36,702 nucleotides of DNA from positions 1 through 36,702 of the forward strand of contig CALKYI010000067.1 in NCBI GenBank assembly GCA_938003665.1. The letters are read 5' to 3'. Of the stretch, positions 33,574-36,702 are shown piece by piece (the stretch's first letter is position 1; every line of letters starts with the position of its first letter). Made by a program: the position numbers and the translations under genes. The notes under the pieces are model-generated. The model was given only the letters and a program-made list of their open reading frames with translations. It searched no databases and was not told the DNA's origin. The DNA is from an uncultured Flavobacteriales bacterium. Its GTDB lineage: Bacteria; Bacteroidota; Bacteroidia; Flavobacteriales_D; Sanyastnellaceae.

Positions 33574-34571
33574 TATCTGTATGCTTCCTGACCGTTGCCT
33601 TGCTCGCAGGATGTGGCAACGATCCCGCTCCTTCGCGTACCACCCCAACAGCGCCCACACAGGCTCCGGTAGAGCAGGTCCGCGTGTCCGCTCCTGCATT
33701 CAATGCAGACTCAGCCTATGCATACATCGCACAACAGGTCGCTTTCGGACCACGCGTTCCGAACACCGGAGAGCACGTGGCATGTGGGGATTGGCTCTCC
33801 AGCGAGTTGACCCGACATGGGGCCGATGTGATTGAACAACCCGGACTGGTTCGGGCTTACGACGGAACCATCTTGCGCATCCGAAACCTAATCGGTCAGT
33901 TTCGTCCCGAAAATCGAGAACGCATTTTGCTCTTCGCACACTGGGACACCCGGCCCTTCGCTGACAAGGACACGCTGCGCATGCGGGAGCCCATTGATGG
34001 CGCCAACGACGGAGGTTCTGGTGTGGGTGTGCTGCTCGAAATAGCTCGCTTACTCGGTGCGGATTCGACCTTGGATGTGGGCGTGGACATTGTCTTTTTC
34101 GATGCCGAGGATTACGGAACGCCGGAGTGGGGAGAGAAAAACCAAAATTCCGCACTGACTTGGTGCCTTGGTAGCCAATACTGGGCCAATCAACCCCACC
34201 GCGTCGGCTACAATGCCAAGTACGGCATCCTATTGGATATGGTCGGTGCTGAAGGCGCTGTATTCAACAAAGAGGGCACCTCCATGGCGTATGCGCCTTC
34301 GGTCGTCAAGCGATTATGGGAATCCGCTGAACGGCTGGGATACGGGGACTATTTCAAGCGGGACGTCACACCGGAGACCATCGACGACAACCTGTTCGTT
34401 TCGGAGTTTGCCGGAATCCCCTCCGCGAACATTGTGCACTACCAAGTACAGGTGCTCCCCATGGGATACGGCCCATTCCACCACACCCACGCAGACAACC
34501 TCTCCATCATCAGCACGGAGACCCTCGAGGCGGTCGGCAACACCGTGCTCGATGTTGTTTGGAACGACTGA
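33558..34571 (+). CDS. M28-family lipoprotein of the glutaminyl-peptide cyclotransferase (type II glutaminyl cyclase, QC) kind
   Basis: ORF 33480..34571 trimmed to ATG 33558, which overlaps the cysS 3' end by 16 nt. Lipobox TVALLAGC. Metal-site context [47 protein letters not shown] and HHTHADN. Similar to Bacteroidota glutamine cyclotransferases (recall). Confidence 0.75.
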   Translation: MGTRLISVCFLTVALLAGCGNDPAPSRTTPTAPTQAPVEQVRVSAPAFNADSAYAYIAQQVAFGPRVPNTGEHVACGDWLSSELTRHGADVIEQPGLVRAYDGTILRIRNLIGQFRPENRERILLFAHWDTRPFADKDTLRMREPIDGANDGGSGVGVLLEIARLLGADSTLDVGVDIVFFDAEDYGTPEWGEKNQNSALTWCLGSQYWANQPHRVGYNAKYGILLDMVGAEGAVFNKEGTSMAYAPSVVKRLWESAERLGYGDYFKRDVTPETIDDNLFVSEFAGIPSANIVHYQVQVLPMGYGPFHHTHADNLSIISTETLEAVGNTVLDVVWND

Positions 34572-34648
34572 TTCCTGAGGGCATGTTTATACGCCCGTTC
34601 GTGTGAACAATTAGGACAGGGCTTCAGTCACGGGATGCGGCCAGCACG

Positions 34649-34656
34649 TAGTTTGG
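34649..34656 (+). promoter_or_regulatory. Candidate -7 box TAGTTTGG (one mismatch), 4 nt upstream of the sensor ATG
   Basis: Read directly as cacgTAGTTTGGttccATG. Confidence 0.25.
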
Positions 34657-34660
34657 TTCC

Positions 34661-36508
34661 ATGTTGCGTAGGCCTGACTTTTCCATCCGCAATCACTCCG
34701 CTGAGCGATACCAACGACCGACGATTTCGGTCCTGATGGCTGTGTGGATGTGGGCTGCAGCTGGACTCTCGCTCACCGCACAGGAAGCACCAGAAGCATC
34801 AGAAGCATCAGAACCAGCGCCTGATCCGGCCATCGAAGAGGCCGACTTGATGCTGGACCGCGGCGATTCGTTGCTCGACCTCAACAAACCGGTCGCTGCC
34901 CTGGCCATGTACCGAGGAGCGGTGGAGCGAACGTTTGACCCCTGCCAGCAGGCCCGGGCACGCGTCGGCATCGCACAGATTTATACAGCGAGTAACAACC
35001 CCGATTTGGCATTGGCCGCACTTGAACAGGCCCAGCGTGGATTTCTCGCGTGCGAGGCCGAAGTGCGCACGCGAATCGTGATCCAAGCGGCAGATCTGTG
35101 GTTGCAGCTTCACTACGAAGACCGAGCCATTGAACTCATCCAGCGGGAATTGGACCTCAACCCAGGCTGTACCCAATTGAATTCGAAATTGGCCGATTTG
35201 TGGTTCACTGGCGGCCACTGGGAAAAGGCCCGGGCTCAATACGCCGAGTGCATCCGCCTCTGCCCGAAGCAAGCCCACGACCTCCGTGCGGATTGGATTG
35301 GCGCACTGATTCAGATTGACGGCGTGCAAGGCCGTTCGCCTGCGGACTCGCTTCGCGAAGAATTTGAACAGGAAGCCGCCTACCTCGCCCCTGCCGTTGC
35401 GCAAGGGTTTCGGGAGCAAATCCACCTGGTCCTTTCCATGCAAGGCTTGCACATGGCCGCTCTGCAATGGGCGGAGACCATCCTCGCCGAAACACCTCCA
35501 TCGGATGCGGCTCGTCTCGCGGTAGCCCACCTTCGAACGGCAAACAGCGCGCAATTTGCCCACCGTCCTCTCGACGCGTTGATCGGATACCACGAAGCCA
35601 TCAAGTCCGCTCGCGAAGCCAGCGACTGGAAATTGCTCGCAGAGGCACTGCGCCAAAAGGGGCTGTTCGAAAAAGACCGAGGCAATGATGCAGAAGCGCT
35701 GCAAGCCTTCATTGAATTGGACGAGATCCATACGGAGCGGTTGGCCCAGCAACCGCAATCCTCCGGGCGCGAAACCCGACAGTTCGAGGAGCAGGTGCTG
35801 CCCGCGATGGATCCGTTTGATGTGGCCGCCTTTGAGCTCGAACGCGCCCAATCATCTCCTTATCGGTCTACGGGTTGGCCATGGATTGCCGGCATCCTCG
35901 CAATCGGCGTCATTGCCTATGCACGCCAACAGCGATACCTGCGCGCCGCCCTCCACAAAGAACGCCGACGCATCATTCGCCTTCGGTCCTTGGTGCCTGC
36001 CGACCGATTGCCAGGAACCCCATCAGTTCCGGAGCAATCCGACGTGGAGTTGGGCACCAGCAGCTTGATGCCCAGCGGCGAGTTCATTCAGACAGGAGAC
36101 GGCGATGACCGTTCACAGTCCATTCAGGCCTTTTTGAACGAATTGGACGCGGACCTGCAGAATCGGATTCAATTCAACATCAAGGAGGATGTTCAATTCA
36201 GCATCGGCCCAGAGGTGCGTGTCGTTCTGCGCAACCTGCTCCGCGGGCTTGTCGATATTTCGGCCGAAGACCGCCCCATCGCTTTGGGCGTTGAGGCGGC
36301 CGAAAAGTCACACTGGGTGCTGCAACTGGACAGTCAACACACCGGCGCCTCCAAAGCCTTCGAGGGGTTGTTTTACGGAAAAGACGCTTTGGCCTCATCC
36401 CGCTGGAATGAGCTGCACGCACAACTGCGCAAACTCGCTGGGAAAATCAACATTGAGCGGATTTCTCCCCTCGAGGAACGGCTTACGTTGACCTTGCCTT
36501 ACGTCTGA
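34661..36508 (+). CDS. Single-pass sensor-like protein: exported TPR-like domain, one TM helix, and a cytoplasmic degenerate HATPase_c-like domain with no recognisable H-box
   Basis: 615 aa. Signal-like MAVWMWAAAGLSLTA|QEAPE (alternative start ATG 34736). Helical-repeat region to about residue 400. TM helix GWPWIAGILAIGVIAYA (about 35873..35923). C-terminus ...VVLRNLLRGLVDISAEDRPIALGVEAAEKSHWVLQLDSQHTGAS...KLAGKINIERISPLEERLTLTLPYV has the shape of a histidine-kinase ATPase domain, but the N-box and G-box residues are substituted. Confidence 0.65.
   Translation: MLRRPDFSIRNHSAERYQRPTISVLMAVWMWAAAGLSLTAQEAPEASEASEPAPDPAIEEADLMLDRGDSLLDLNKPVAALAMYRGAVERTFDPCQQARARVGIAQIYTASNNPDLALAALEQAQRGFLACEAEVRTRIVIQAADLWLQLHYEDRAIELIQRELDLNPGCTQLNSKLADLWFTGGHWEKARAQYAECIRLCPKQAHDLRADWIGALIQIDGVQGRSPADSLREEFEQEAAYLAPAVAQGFREQIHLVLSMQGLHMAALQWAETILAETPPSDAARLAVAHLRTANSAQFAHRPLDALIGYHEAIKSAREASDWKLLAEALRQKGLFEKDRGNDAEALQAFIELDEIHTERLAQQPQSSGRETRQFEEQVLPAMDPFDVAAFELERAQSSPYRSTGWPWIAGILAIGVIAYARQQRYLRAALHKERRRIIRLRSLVPADRLPGTPSVPEQSDVELGTSSLMPSGEFIQTGDGDDRSQSIQAFLNELDADLQNRIQFNIKEDVQFSIGPEVRVVLRNLLRGLVDISAEDRPIALGVEAAEKSHWVLQLDSQHTGASKAFEGLFYGKDALASSRWNELHAQLRKLAGKINIERISPLEERLTLTLPYV
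34784..34819 (+). repeat. Four imperfect in-frame 9-nt tandem units (GAAGCACCA GAAGCATCA GAAGCATCA GAACCAGCG) encoding EAP-EAS-EAS-EPA
   Basis: Read directly. It lies just after the predicted signal-peptide cleavage site of the sensor protein. Confidence 0.6.
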
Positions 36509-36517
36509 TTCGAGAGG

Positions 36518-36702
<185 letters not shown>

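Noticed and set aside
34808-35851. 347-aa minus-strand ORF
   Set aside because: It is antisense to the sensor gene. The plus-strand frame is longer and has signal peptide, TM and domain logic.

Overview
This is a gene-dense, moderately GC-rich chromosomal segment with 34 CDS (2 truncated at the window edges) and 1 tRNA. It reads as core genome of a Bacteroidota bacterium, probably Flavobacteriia-like.

Evidence for that placement:
- gldE-gldD preceded by mutY-ssb, the arrangement I remember from Flavobacterium johnsoniae.
- A PorX-type receiver+PglZ regulator.
- A ClpP with the Bacteroidota N-terminal extension.
- Many TAnnTTTG (-7 box) motifs in front of genes, and essentially no Shine-Dalgarno sequences.
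- Gln at +1 of every predicted signal-peptidase-I site.

Gene order, left to right:
- SpoIIE/PP2C-like (partial, -), efp (-), two Trp-rich exported proteins (-), OstA/LptA-like (-).
- tRNA-Leu(UAG), tig, clpP, clpX, mutS (all +).
- ald-like, tsaE, porX (-).
- HD-domain hydrolase (+).
- rng, a 29-aa bS22-like micro-ORF, a TPR anchor protein, HU (-).
- mutY, ssb, gldE, gldD, coaX, an outer-membrane (OM) barrel-like protein, a Cys-rich TPR protein, lptC, a 2-TM (two transmembrane helix) mini-protein, a CNNM/CorC paralog, ppiD-like (all +).
- queA (-).
- SDR-type threonine-dehydrogenase-like, cysS, a glutaminyl-cyclase-type M28 lipoprotein, a TPR-TM-degenerate-ATPase sensor (+).
- pheS (partial, -).

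I found no CRISPR array, transposase or integrase, phage genes, rRNA, or recognisable defence or toxin-antitoxin genes. I do not see convincing evidence for a wholly new system.

The most second-look-worthy items:
- (a) The uncharacterised Trp-rich exported pair, one with an HhH repeat, downstream of the OstA-like gene.
- (b) The OM-barrel plus Cys-rich TPR pair wedged between coaX and lptC and chained to gldDE by 4/8-nt start-stop overlaps.
- (c) A sensor whose C-terminal ATPase-like fold has lost the kinase signature residues.
- (d) The unannotated bS22-like micro-ORF.
- (e) Promoter geometry: -7 boxes 4 nt from start codons, -7 boxes embedded in stop codons, and face-to-face HU/mutY promoters.

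All functional calls come from my own reading and recall of protein families. No searches were run.
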